Of a DNA stretch of 64,000 nt, positions 36,563 to 45,770 are shown piece after piece (the first letter of the stretch is position 1; each line of letters begins with the position of its first letter). The notes beneath the pieces were generated by a model. The model saw only the letters and a list, made by a program, of their open reading frames with translations. It was not told the DNA's origin and searched no databases. Position numbers and translations under genes: made by a program. The stretch is from Candidatus Cryptobacteroides sp. (lineage in GTDB: Bacteria > Bacteroidota > Bacteroidia > Bacteroidales > UBA932). The stretch lies in contig JAZRLI010000001.1 of the NCBI GenBank assembly GCA_045646785.1, positions 9,933-73,932 on the forward strand. The letters are read 5' to 3'.

Positions 36563-38875
36563 TTACTTGCGTCTTTTCTTACGTCCTGTAGGCTCTGAAG
36601 TCTCGATAATCTCCTTACACTTTTCTTCTGTAAGCGTAGATGGGTCTGTGCCCTTAGGAAGCTTGTAGTTGCTTCCGGCATGCTTCAGATATGGTCCATA
36701 TGTACCATCAATGACCTGTATATCACTGTCTTTGTATTCGGCGATGATTCCTCCGGTCTTCTTGTTGAGGCTGTCCTCTATCAATTTGATGCATGAGTCG
36801 AGGTCGATCTTCAGAGGGTCTGTTCCGCGAGGAAGTGACACATTCTTATCTCCATACTTCATATATGGTCCGAAGCGGCCCTTTGTGCAGATGATGTCGA
36901 TGCCGTTGTACTGACCCACGTTGCGAGGGAGTTCAAAGAGCTTGAGCGCCTCCTCGAGGGTGATGCTCTCGATGAGCTGTCCAGGTGCGAGGCTTGCGTA
37001 CTGCTTGCTGTCGCCGTCACCCTTCTGCACATACGGTCCGTACTGTCCGAAGCGTGCAACGAGCGGCTGACCGTCCTTAGGATCGACTCCGAGCTCGCGG
37101 CTTACATTGCTGTACTCCTTGTTGCTGAGGGTCTCCTGAACCTTGGTATGGAATGGACCGTAGAAGTCTGAAATCAGGCTGTTCCACTCGAGGTCTCCCT
37201 CGGCGATCTTGTCGAAGTCCTCCTCCACGTTGGCTGTGAACTTGTAGTCGAGTACGTCAGGGAAGTTCTTCACGAGGTAGTCGGTCACGATCATTCCGAT
37301 GTCCTGAGGAAGGAGACGTCCCTTCTCCGAACCGACTGTCTCTGACTTGGATGAAGCCTTGATGACTCCGTTCTTGAGGCTGAGGTTGGTGACCTGCTGC
37401 TTCTCTCCTGTCTTGTCGCCCTTTATGATGTATCCGCGACCCTTTGTAAGGGTAGAGATGGTAGGAGCATATGTGGAAGGTCGTCCGATTCCGAGTTCCT
37501 CGAGCTTCTTCACGAGGGTTGCTTCAGAATATCTTGAAGGAGCGGCCGTGAACTTGCACTCTGCTGTGATTCCGTTCTCGAACATCCTGTCTCCGACGTT
37601 CATTTCAGGAAGAATTACCATCTCGTCGTCCTGCTGAGGTTCGTCGGTGCTTTCCATGTAGAGCTTGAGGAATCCGTCGAAGAGTACCTGGCTTGCCTGT
37701 ACGTTGAACTTCTCCTCACCCTTGTCCGATGCGACCTTGATCGCAGTCCTGAGGATGCTGGCGTCGGCCATCTGTGACGCTACGGTGCGCTTCCAGATGA
37801 GTTCATAGAGCTTCTGCTCCTGCGGCGTACCTTCGATCGAAGTGTTCTCGATATATGTAGGACGGATCGCCTCGTGGGCCTCCTGGGCTCCCTTGGCCTT
37901 TGTCCTGTACTGTCTTACCTTTGAATATTCCTCTCCGAAGTTGTTGCAGATGAATGTCTTGGCTGTGTTGATGGCGAGTGATGAAAGGTTTGTGGAGTCT
38001 GTTCTCATGTATGTGATGAGTCCGTGCTCATAGAGCCTCTGCGCCACGCTCATGGTCTGGCTTACAGACATCCTGAGCTTTCTTGCAGCCTCCTGCTGGA
38101 GGGTTGAAGTCGTGAACGGAGCGGCAGGGGTGCGGTTTCCTTCCTTCTTCTCGATGTCGCAGATGGTGAACTCCGCGCCGATGCATCTTTCGAGGAATTC
38201 CTGAGCTGCCTCCATTGTAGGGAACCTTCTGTCGAGGGTCGCCTTCACGAGAGTCTTCTCCGGCGTTCCCTCAGGGTGGAAGATTGCATCTACCTTATAG
38301 TACTGCTCGCTGTTGAATGCGAGGATCTCCCTTTCCTTGTCCACTACGAGACGGAGGGCCACAGACTGCACGCGTCCTGCCGAAAGCTTCGGCTGGATCT
38401 TTCTCCAAAGCACCGGTGAAAGTTCAAATCCCACAAGTCTGTCAAGCACACGTCTTGCCTGCTGCGCATTCACAAGACTCATGTCGATTTCGCGTGGATT
38501 TTCGATTGCGTTAAGGATTGCAGGCTTTGTAATCTCATGGAACACAATTCGTTTCGTGTTCTCTGCCTTCAGTTCGAGAGTCTCGAAAAGGTGCCATGAA
38601 ATGGCCTCTCCCTCACGGTCCTCATCGGATGCGAGCCACACTGTAGAGGCTTCCTTCGCAGCCTTCTTCAACTCAGATACCACCTTCTTCTTGTCTGCCG
38701 GAATCACATATTCCGGAGCAAATCCATTCTTCACGTCAATGCTGAGTTCGTTGTCCTGCAGGTCTCTGATGTGTCCGAAACTGGACTTTACAATATAGTC
38801 GTTGCCGAGATATTTCTGAATTGTTCCAGCCTTTGCCGGAGACTCGACGATAACAAGATTCTTTCCTTCCATCAT
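36563..38875 (-). CDS. topA: DNA topoisomerase I
   Basis: LVIVESPAKA, DEDREGE, SAGRVQS, ITYMRTDS, GRFGPY C-terminal repeats; start re-set to MMEGKNL. Confidence 0.96.
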   Translation of the reverse strand: MMEGKNLVIVESPAKAGTIQKYLGNDYIVKSSFGHIRDLQDNELSIDVKNGFAPEYVIPADKKKVVSELKKAAKEASTVWLASDEDREGEAISWHLFETLELKAENTKRIVFHEITKPAILNAIENPREIDMSLVNAQQARRVLDRLVGFELSPVLWRKIQPKLSAGRVQSVALRLVVDKEREILAFNSEQYYKVDAIFHPEGTPEKTLVKATLDRRFPTMEAAQEFLERCIGAEFTICDIEKKEGNRTPAAPFTTSTLQQEAARKLRMSVSQTMSVAQRLYEHGLITYMRTDSTNLSSLAINTAKTFICNNFGEEYSKVRQYRTKAKGAQEAHEAIRPTYIENTSIEGTPQEQKLYELIWKRTVASQMADASILRTAIKVASDKGEEKFNVQASQVLFDGFLKLYMESTDEPQQDDEMVILPEMNVGDRMFENGITAECKFTAAPSRYSEATLVKKLEELGIGRPSTYAPTISTLTKGRGYIIKGDKTGEKQQVTNLSLKNGVIKASSKSETVGSEKGRLLPQDIGMIVTDYLVKNFPDVLDYKFTANVEEDFDKIAEGDLEWNSLISDFYGPFHTKVQETLSNKEYSNVSRELGVDPKDGQPLVARFGQYGPYVQKGDGDSKQYASLAPGQLIESITLEEALKLFELPRNVGQYNGIDIICTKGRFGPYMKYGDKNVSLPRGTDPLKIDLDSCIKLIEDSLNKKTGGIIAEYKDSDIQVIDGTYGPYLKHAGSNYKLPKGTDPSTLTEEKCKEIIETSEPTGRKKRRK

Positions 38876-39002
38876 GCTCTGTTCCTCCAATTTTTCAAAA
38901 GAAAGTGCAAAGAAAGGTACAAATCGGGCAATTTTCCAAATTTTGTTGTTACTTTTGTCAGTTTGAATACCTCTATATAATAGGTTACCTTTAGGTAAAA
39001 AA

Positions 39003-41348
39003 ATGACGCATATGACAGACGTAACGAGAAAGAAAATCATCAGATGGTTCTGGGTCCTGTTCACGGTTCCGGTAGTGTTTGTACTCGCCCTTATCGGAAT
39101 GGTATGGGCCCTGGCGGACATTCCTTCGTTCGAGGAACTTGAGAACCCGGACAGCAAGCTTGCAACACAGGTCATCGCGGAAGACGGCGAGCTCCTGACC
39201 ACATTCCATATCGAGAACAGATCGTATGTAAGCTACGAGGAACTCTCTCCCAATCTCGTTAACGCTGCAGTAGCGACGGAGGACTCACGATTCTACCGCC
39301 ATTCGGGCATCGACTTCGAGAGTCTCGCACGAGTTCTCGTCAAGACGGTTCTCGGAGGCAGTTCGAGCCAGGGAGGTGGAAGTACCATCACCCAGCAGCT
39401 TGCAAAGACCCTTTATCCACGTGAGGACATGGGCGGATCCATCTTCAAGATGGTATGGACCAAACTGAAGGAGTGGGTGACTGCAGTAAAGCTCGAGAGA
39501 AGCTACACCAAGGACGAAATCATGAACATGTACATGAACCAGGTGTTCTTCGGCAGCAATGCATACGGTATCAAGGCAGCTGCCCAGACATTCTTCGGAA
39601 AGTCGCCTATCGACCTTACTGTCGAGGAGGCTGCGACCCTCGTGGGAATGGTGAACAAGCCTACCAGATACAATCCTGCCCTCAATCCTGAGAGATCCCT
39701 CGAAAGAAGAAACCTCGTGATCTCGCGTATGGAGCAGAACGGCTTCCTCACAAAGGCAGAGCGCGATTCGATCCAGCAGATTCCGATCACCCTTTCATAC
39801 CAGATCCAGGACCATAATGCCGGAGTAGGTCCGTACTTCCGTGACATGCTCCGCCGCACCATGAATGCAAAGGAGCCTAAGCGTTCTTCATACAACCAGT
39901 ACGAGGACTACGTGGTGGACTCTCTCCTCTGGGCGGACGACGCATTTTACGGATGGCTCAACAAGAACACAAAGGCGGACGGAAGCAAGTACAACCTCGA
40001 CAAGGACGGCCTCCGCATATACACTACAATCAACTACAAGATGCAGCAGTATGCTGAAGAGGCGGTTGCAGAGCACCTCGGCAAGGACCTTCAGAAGACT
40101 TTCGACCGTCATGTGAGATGGAACCGCAACAAGCCTTTCGCAAGTGATGTCGAGCCTGAGATGATCGACCAGCTCATGAGGCAGGCCCGCAGATGGAGCG
40201 ACCGCTACCGCATCATGAAGGAGAACGGTGCTTCGGAGAAGGAGATCGTGAAGAGCTTCTCGGAGCCGGTGAAGATGCGTCTGTTCTCATGGAACAAGCA
40301 GGGCTATGTCGATACTGTCATGACTCCGGACGATTCTATCAGATACTACAAGGGCCATCTCCGTGCCGCGTTCATGGCGATCGAGCCTAATACAGGACAT
40401 ATCAAGGCATACGTCGGAGGACCGAACTACCGTTACTTCAAGTATGACAATGTCCGTCAGGGCAAGCGTCAGGTAGGTTCGACAATCAAGCCGTTCCTTT
40501 ACACCCTCGCAATGCAGGAGGGCATGAGTCCATGCGACAAGGTGGTGAACGTTCCTCAGACCTTCATGGTCGGAGATACCACATGGACTCCGAAGAGTAC
40601 GGACAAGGACGAGTGGATCGGCCAGACGGTGACCCTCAAGTGGGGACTTACAAAGAGTTCGAACAACATCTCCGCATACCTCATGAAGCAGTACGGTCCT
40701 GAGGCCATGGTCGAGATGATGAGAAAGATGGGAGTGGGATGCTATCTCGATGCAGTGAACCCTCTCTGCGTGGGTTCGGCAGACATTTCCGTATATGAGA
40801 TGGTTTCGGCATACAACACGTTCCCTTCAAAGGGCGTATATGTGGAGCCTATATTCGTAACAAGAATTGAGGACAGCATGGGCAACGTGCTCGGCGGGTT
40901 CAACAACAAGAAGAAGGAGGCGATCAGTGATTACACCGCATACCTCATGGCGAACCTGATGCAGGGCGTCGTCAACAGCGGTACAGGTGTGCGCCTCAGA
41001 AGTGTGTATGGCCTCAAGGGCGAGATCGCAGGAAAGACCGGTACTACCAACGACCAGTCGGACGGTTGGTTCATCGGCTACACTCCTTCGCTCACAGCCG
41101 GCGTATGGGTGGGTGCGGAGGACCGTCAGGTCCACTTCGAGTCACTCTCCCTCGGTGGCGGTTCCAACATGGCCCTCCCTATCTGGGGACTCTTCATGCA
41201 GAAGGTCATCAAGGACGGTACGCTCGGTGTCTATGAGACAGACAGATTCATCAAGCCTATGGGTATCGAACTGAACCTGGATTGCGACGGAAGCGATGCG
41301 GATGCGATGTTGAGCGCCCAGGAGGAGGAAGATTATTTCTTTGAATAA
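39003..41348 (+). CDS. Class A penicillin-binding protein (PBP1A)
   Basis: TEDSRF, GGSTITQQLAK transglycosylase motifs; GSTIKP, SSN, KTG transpeptidase motifs. Confidence 0.94.
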   Translation: MTHMTDVTRKKIIRWFWVLFTVPVVFVLALIGMVWALADIPSFEELENPDSKLATQVIAEDGELLTTFHIENRSYVSYEELSPNLVNAAVATEDSRFYRHSGIDFESLARVLVKTVLGGSSSQGGGSTITQQLAKTLYPREDMGGSIFKMVWTKLKEWVTAVKLERSYTKDEIMNMYMNQVFFGSNAYGIKAAAQTFFGKSPIDLTVEEAATLVGMVNKPTRYNPALNPERSLERRNLVISRMEQNGFLTKAERDSIQQIPITLSYQIQDHNAGVGPYFRDMLRRTMNAKEPKRSSYNQYEDYVVDSLLWADDAFYGWLNKNTKADGSKYNLDKDGLRIYTTINYKMQQYAEEAVAEHLGKDLQKTFDRHVRWNRNKPFASDVEPEMIDQLMRQARRWSDRYRIMKENGASEKEIVKSFSEPVKMRLFSWNKQGYVDTVMTPDDSIRYYKGHLRAAFMAIEPNTGHIKAYVGGPNYRYFKYDNVRQGKRQVGSTIKPFLYTLAMQEGMSPCDKVVNVPQTFMVGDTTWTPKSTDKDEWIGQTVTLKWGLTKSSNNISAYLMKQYGPEAMVEMMRKMGVGCYLDAVNPLCVGSADISVYEMVSAYNTFPSKGVYVEPIFVTRIEDSMGNVLGGFNNKKKEAISDYTAYLMANLMQGVVNSGTGVRLRSVYGLKGEIAGKTGTTNDQSDGWFIGYTPSLTAGVWVGAEDRQVHFESLSLGGGSNMALPIWGLFMQKVIKDGTLGVYETDRFIKPMGIELNLDCDGSDADAMLSAQEEEDYFFE

Positions 41349-41357
41349 AAACAGAAA

Positions 41358-42368
41358 ATGGCAAAGTCAGTAGTGGTGATATATGGCAGCGACTCTTCCG
41401 AGTGGGAGGTGTCGGTGCGAAGCGGACAGTTTACTGCTTCACAGATAGATGGAACGAAATACGATGTGTATGAGATGTTTGCACGTTTCGGCAAATGGTC
41501 TCTCGTGGCATACCGCAGAGGTGGTGAAGAAAGAGTGGTGATACCTGAAAACGAGCGTCCATTGGTGGACAAGACCGATTTTTCGGTTGTGCTCGACGGT
41601 CAGAAGGTAAAGTTTGACTATGCATACATCATGCAGCACGGTACTCCGGGAGAGAACGGTCTCATGCAGGGCTATCTCGAGATGATCGGTGTGCCGCACA
41701 GCGGTTGCGACGCTTTCGTTGCTGCGATCACTTTCGACAAGTTCTCATGCAAGAGCTATCTCAAGGATGTGGATTTCGTGAAGTGCGCGGATGATATCTT
41801 TGTAAGAAAGGGTGAGGTTGCCGAGGGTCTGGCGCAGAAGGCGGTGGAGAGACTCGGTCTCCCTATGTTCGTGAAGCCGACAGACGGCGGAAGCAGCTTC
41901 GGTGTCACAAAGGTGAAGAAGGTCGAGGATTTCGATGCTGCCGTGGAGGCGGCGTTTGCAGAGGGCAAGACTGTCATGGCAGAGGGCGCGATCGTGGGTC
42001 GTGAGCTTACATGTGCCGTCTATTTCAACGGCAAGGAGAATGTTGCCCTTCCTGTGATCGAGATCATTACAGATAACGAGTTCTTCGATTATGAGGCTAA
42101 GTACAACGGTCACAGCCGTGAGGTATGTCCTGCGCAGATTCCTGATTCTCTTCGTGATGAGATCCAGGAGGTGTCGAAGAAGATCTATGCTCATCTTGGA
42201 TGCGCCGGTCTTGTGCGTGTGGACTACATCGCTTCCGAGGAGGGACTTTACTTCCTTGAGGTCAATACCATTCCGGGCATGACTTCAGCATCCCTCGTTC
42301 CTCAGATGGTCCGTGCTGCAGGCCTCTCGATGACTGATTTTCTTACCACTATCATTGAACAGTCATAA
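41358..42368 (+). CDS. ddl: D-alanine--D-alanine ligase
   Basis: HGTPGENG, FVKP..GSSFG, FDYEAKY, EVNTIPGMT. Confidence 0.95.
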   Translation: MAKSVVVIYGSDSSEWEVSVRSGQFTASQIDGTKYDVYEMFARFGKWSLVAYRRGGEERVVIPENERPLVDKTDFSVVLDGQKVKFDYAYIMQHGTPGENGLMQGYLEMIGVPHSGCDAFVAAITFDKFSCKSYLKDVDFVKCADDIFVRKGEVAEGLAQKAVERLGLPMFVKPTDGGSSFGVTKVKKVEDFDAAVEAAFAEGKTVMAEGAIVGRELTCAVYFNGKENVALPVIEIITDNEFFDYEAKYNGHSREVCPAQIPDSLRDEIQEVSKKIYAHLGCAGLVRVDYIASEEGLYFLEVNTIPGMTSASLVPQMVRAAGLSMTDFLTTIIEQS

Positions 42369-43325
42369 ATGCTGTTGAAGGAACTGATAATAAAAGGAAC
42401 AGAGACCATTTCGTCGTTGTACCCGGAAAGGGAAGCGAAGGAAATGGTCTACGCTTTTCTTGAGCATCATCTGGGCACAAAGCGTCACACCCATATCATA
42501 GAGCCTATGTATGAAGTAGCGGATGACCTGGCAGAGGAGGCCTTGTCGGCATTCCGGCGTATGGCATCAGGTGAGCCGCTGCAGTATGTGACAGGCTTTG
42601 CCGATTTCTACGGCCGTCAGTTCTACGTTACTCCGGATGTCCTCATACCCCGTCCTGAAACCGAAATCCTTTGCCACAACGTGCTGGCAGAAGGAATGGG
42701 CTGCCAAGGATGTGGATATGGCATTTTCGCACCCCCGCGTAGGGGGAGGGGCCCACAAAGTGGGAGTGGGCCATCGGAACATTTGGCAACCATTCCTTCT
42801 GTATTGGATCTATGTACCGGAAGCGGATGCATAGCATGGACTCTGGCTTTGGAGATGCCGGGAGCGGATGTCACTGCTGTGGATATATCCGACGGAGCCT
42901 TGGCCGTTGCTTCTTCGCAGGATTTTTCGGAAGAGATTGCGCGGACTGGAGCCCACGCTCCGAAATTCATCAAGGCAGATGTGCTTGCAGGCCCTTCGGC
43001 GGCAGGAATTGCAGGACAGTACGACATCCTTGTGAGCAATCCTCCGTATGTGATGGACAAGGAAAAGGCTCTGATGCGTACCAATGTGCTTGAGCATGAA
43101 CCTCATCTTGCGCTGTTCGTGTCTGATGACGATCCCCTCATATTCTACAGGGCCATTGCGGACTGGGCACTCGCTGTCCTCAAGCCGGGAGGCTACTGCA
43201 TCGTCGAAATCAATGAGGCCTTGGGTCCTGAGACGGCAGCCATCTATGAAGCCGCAGGATTTACCGAAGTCCGGATCGTCAAGGACCTCTCCGACCGCGA
43301 CCGCTTTGTCTCATTCCGACGCTGA
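42369..43325 (+). CDS. prmC: Release factor glutamine methyltransferase with a 38-aa palindrome-derived insertion
   Basis: EPLQYV, VLIPRPETE, LDLCTGSG, SNPPY, EPHLALF. Confidence 0.95.
   Translation: MLLKELIIKGTETISSLYPEREAKEMVYAFLEHHLGTKRHTHIIEPMYEVADDLAEEALSAFRRMASGEPLQYVTGFADFYGRQFYVTPDVLIPRPETEILCHNVLAEGMGCQGCGYGIFAPPRRGRGPQSGSGPSEHLATIPSVLDLCTGSGCIAWTLALEMPGADVTAVDISDGALAVASSQDFSEEIARTGAHAPKFIKADVLAGPSAAGIAGQYDILVSNPPYVMDKEKALMRTNVLEHEPHLALFVSDDDPLIFYRAIADWALAVLKPGGYCIVEINEALGPETAAIYEAAGFTEVRIVKDLSDRDRFVSFRR
42688..42801. repeat. Palindromic repeat element, copy C (114 bp), in frame within prmC
   Basis: Arms CAGAAGGAATGG(G)CTGCCAA / TTGGCAACCATTCCTTCTG; the minus-strand core GTTCCGA..CTCCCAC-TTT-GTGGG-CCCCTCCC resembles copies A and B. 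Confidence 0.75.
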
Positions 43326-43392
43326 AGCGTAGAACAGACCGTGGAACAATTACTTTGATTTTTCATAAAAATCGAACTAATTTCTGATATAT

Positions 43393-43424
43393 AATCGCCC
43401 TTTGAAGCATCTCAGAGGGCGATT
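43393..43424 (+). terminator. Hairpin downstream of prmC
   Basis: AATCGCCCTTTGA-AGCATC-TCAGAGGGCGATT followed by T-rich sequence. Confidence 0.55.
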
Positions 43425-43498
43425 TCTTCATTTATCCGCATATTTTTTCGGTATGCGGATAATACTCGGGAACTTTGCAGTGCTAAAACATTCAGACT

Positions 43499-44695
43499 AT
43501 GCGAAGGATTTTTTTCATGTGTGTATTGATGCCGGCATTCATGGCCGTATCGTGTGAGAGAGCAGACGTTCCGGCCGAAGGCCAGCAGAACGAAGAGGAG
43601 AAGATTTCCGTTCGTCTTGACGAGGTGGCGGAGATATTGGCCATGATACCTGTCCAGCAGGGGCAGATGGGGGAGGTTCACGATGCAGTGACCGCCTCGT
43701 CAGTCAATGGCTATGACGAGGAATACACGATGAAGAATCTTTTTACGGTTCCCGGCTCGGGAGTAGGTGACAGGGAGGTACGCTCCGGATCTGCATACGA
43801 CAAGCCTCTGAGAGACCTCATAGATGAGACGGTGAGGTCGATGTCTGTCACCAAGGCCATTTCAATGGAGCCGGACCGTTTTCTTGAAGCCCTGACGGAA
43901 TCGGACATACAGATATATTGGCCTTATTCTGACGGATGGGACGGTATGTCGCTGCCGGTCGTGACCTTCGATCCCGAAGATGGGGCGACGGTCAACAAAG
44001 GTTACAGGCTGATGGTTGAGGATGATGGCTCCCGCCGTGTAGAAGAAGTCGTGGTCGATGAGGAGATGGCGAAGGAGACTCCGGTCTGGGTCGTGAACAG
44101 GAACGATGACGCAGGCTACACGTCTCTGGAGATGTTGCGAAGGGATGACCCGCAGTGGGGCGAAGGAGGCGGTGCCATCATTGTCAATCCGGCTGCTGCC
44201 CCTGCAACGAAGGCAGGATTGAAGACGCTGATTCTGAAGGATTTTACAATGAACAGGAATTACGATTCATGGTTTGCGGGGGCTTCCGAGTTCTTCGTCA
44301 AGATCGGCTATCTCGGTGACTTCACAGCCTCGACGGAGGCGGAACTCAGGCTCTACAACCCTTTGGTGACGGATTTTATGGTTGTGGTCAAGCGCAGTCA
44401 GGTCGGCATTCCGCAGAACTTCAATGCCATCCTGATGTCCGACTGGTCTGAATATACCGATGCCTGTGCATTCATGATAACAGAAGACGACGGCGGTACA
44501 CGCACCGAATGGGTGAGCAAGGCAAAGGTCTTCGTAGAAGGAAAGAGCTACGGACTGGAGATCACCCTGCCGTTGAATGTACGCGACGATATCGTATGGA
44601 GGGGCAAGCTGGCCTATGAATGGATCGAGCAGTGCAGTCAGGAGAGGTGGCCGTTCGGAGATGTGGACCTTACCTTCGAGATATTGGAACGCTAG
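43499..44695 (+). CDS. Hypothetical lipoprotein
   Basis: Lipobox AVSC, host-like codon usage; the C-terminal half (WFAGASEF...EDDGG) is loosely reminiscent of DUF3103 proteins (unverified). Confidence 0.75.
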   Translation: MRRIFFMCVLMPAFMAVSCERADVPAEGQQNEEEKISVRLDEVAEILAMIPVQQGQMGEVHDAVTASSVNGYDEEYTMKNLFTVPGSGVGDREVRSGSAYDKPLRDLIDETVRSMSVTKAISMEPDRFLEALTESDIQIYWPYSDGWDGMSLPVVTFDPEDGATVNKGYRLMVEDDGSRRVEEVVVDEEMAKETPVWVVNRNDDAGYTSLEMLRRDDPQWGEGGGAIIVNPAAAPATKAGLKTLILKDFTMNRNYDSWFAGASEFFVKIGYLGDFTASTEAELRLYNPLVTDFMVVVKRSQVGIPQNFNAILMSDWSEYTDACAFMITEDDGGTRTEWVSKAKVFVEGKSYGLEITLPLNVRDDIVWRGKLAYEWIEQCSQERWPFGDVDLTFEILER

Positions 44696-44720
44696 GCTTC
44701 CTTGAAATCAGTATAAGTAT

Positions 44721-45770
44721 ATGAGTGGCATTAAGACTTACATAGAAGCTGTTAGGGTTATCAAGGACGCGATATTGCGTAGCCAGTATCGTGCTGCGTC
44801 CTCTGTCAACAAGGAACAATTATCATTGTATTATGGCATCGGACACTATGTGTCTGAAAACTCCAGGTCAGGCTTTTGGGGTAAGGATGCGATAGAAGTC
44901 ATCAGCCAACAGTTGCAGAAGGAGTTGCCTGGACTTAGAGGTTTCTCTGCTTCCAATATAAAGAATATGCGTACGTTCTATGAAGAGTGGTCGCCTATCA
45001 TAAATCGCCAGCCATCGGCTGACGATTTCAATTGGTCAGATTTCTTTGCTATTGGCTTCACTCATCATATTGAAATTATGGCAAAGGCAAAGACCTTGGA
45101 AGCTCGATTGTTTTATATACACGAATCAGCAACACGATTCTGGAATAAGTATACTTTAAGAGAATATCTGAAATCAGACATATATAACCATAGAGGACGT
45201 CTTCCCAACAACTTTATATCTACAATACCAAGTGCTCGACAGGCATTAAAAGCCGTAAATGCATTCAAAGATGAATATCTGTTAGACTTCATAAATATAG
45301 AGGAACTTGATGAAAAAAACGAAGACATTAATGAGCGAGTGGTCGAAAAGGCTATAGTAGATAATGTCAAGAGGTTTATATTGGCATTTGGCCAAGATTT
45401 TATTTTCGTCGGTAATCAGTTCAGAGTTGAAGTTGCGGATGAAGAGATGTTTGTTGATTTGTTGTTCTTCAATAGAGAACTAAACTCTCTTGTCGCAGTG
45501 GAATTAAAGTCAGGCAAGTTCCGTTCGTCATATTTAGGACAATTAAGCACATATCTTTCAGCTCTTGATGCCTATGTAAAGAAGCCGCACGAAAATCCTG
45601 CGATTGGAATTGTGCTGTGTCGGGACATGAACCAATCCTTTGTAGAATTTGCTGTTCGAGACTATAATAAGCCAATGGGTGTAGCAACATATCGAGCAAC
45701 TAAAGACATGCCCGAACGATTTAGAAATGCTCTCCCAGATACTGAAGAGTTGAGAAAACTGCTGAACTAA
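44721..45770 (+). CDS. YhcG/DUF1016 PD-(D/E)xK nuclease family protein
   Basis: GFSASNIKNMR, KDEYLLDF, FVDLLFFNRELNSLVAVELK, GQLSTY, ENPAIGIVLC; AT-rich. Confidence 0.92.
   Translation: MSGIKTYIEAVRVIKDAILRSQYRAASSVNKEQLSLYYGIGHYVSENSRSGFWGKDAIEVISQQLQKELPGLRGFSASNIKNMRTFYEEWSPIINRQPSADDFNWSDFFAIGFTHHIEIMAKAKTLEARLFYIHESATRFWNKYTLREYLKSDIYNHRGRLPNNFISTIPSARQALKAVNAFKDEYLLDFINIEELDEKNEDINERVVEKAIVDNVKRFILAFGQDFIFVGNQFRVEVADEEMFVDLLFFNRELNSLVAVELKSGKFRSSYLGQLSTYLSALDAYVKKPHENPAIGIVLCRDMNQSFVEFAVRDYNKPMGVATYRATKDMPERFRNALPDTEELRKLLN

Noticed and set aside
38876-39202. N-terminal extension of TopA in the ORF track (similarly S46 peptidase, FabG, AhcY, TBDR)
   Set aside because: The extensions overlap promoters, repeats or neighbouring genes; family homology starts at downstream ATGs.
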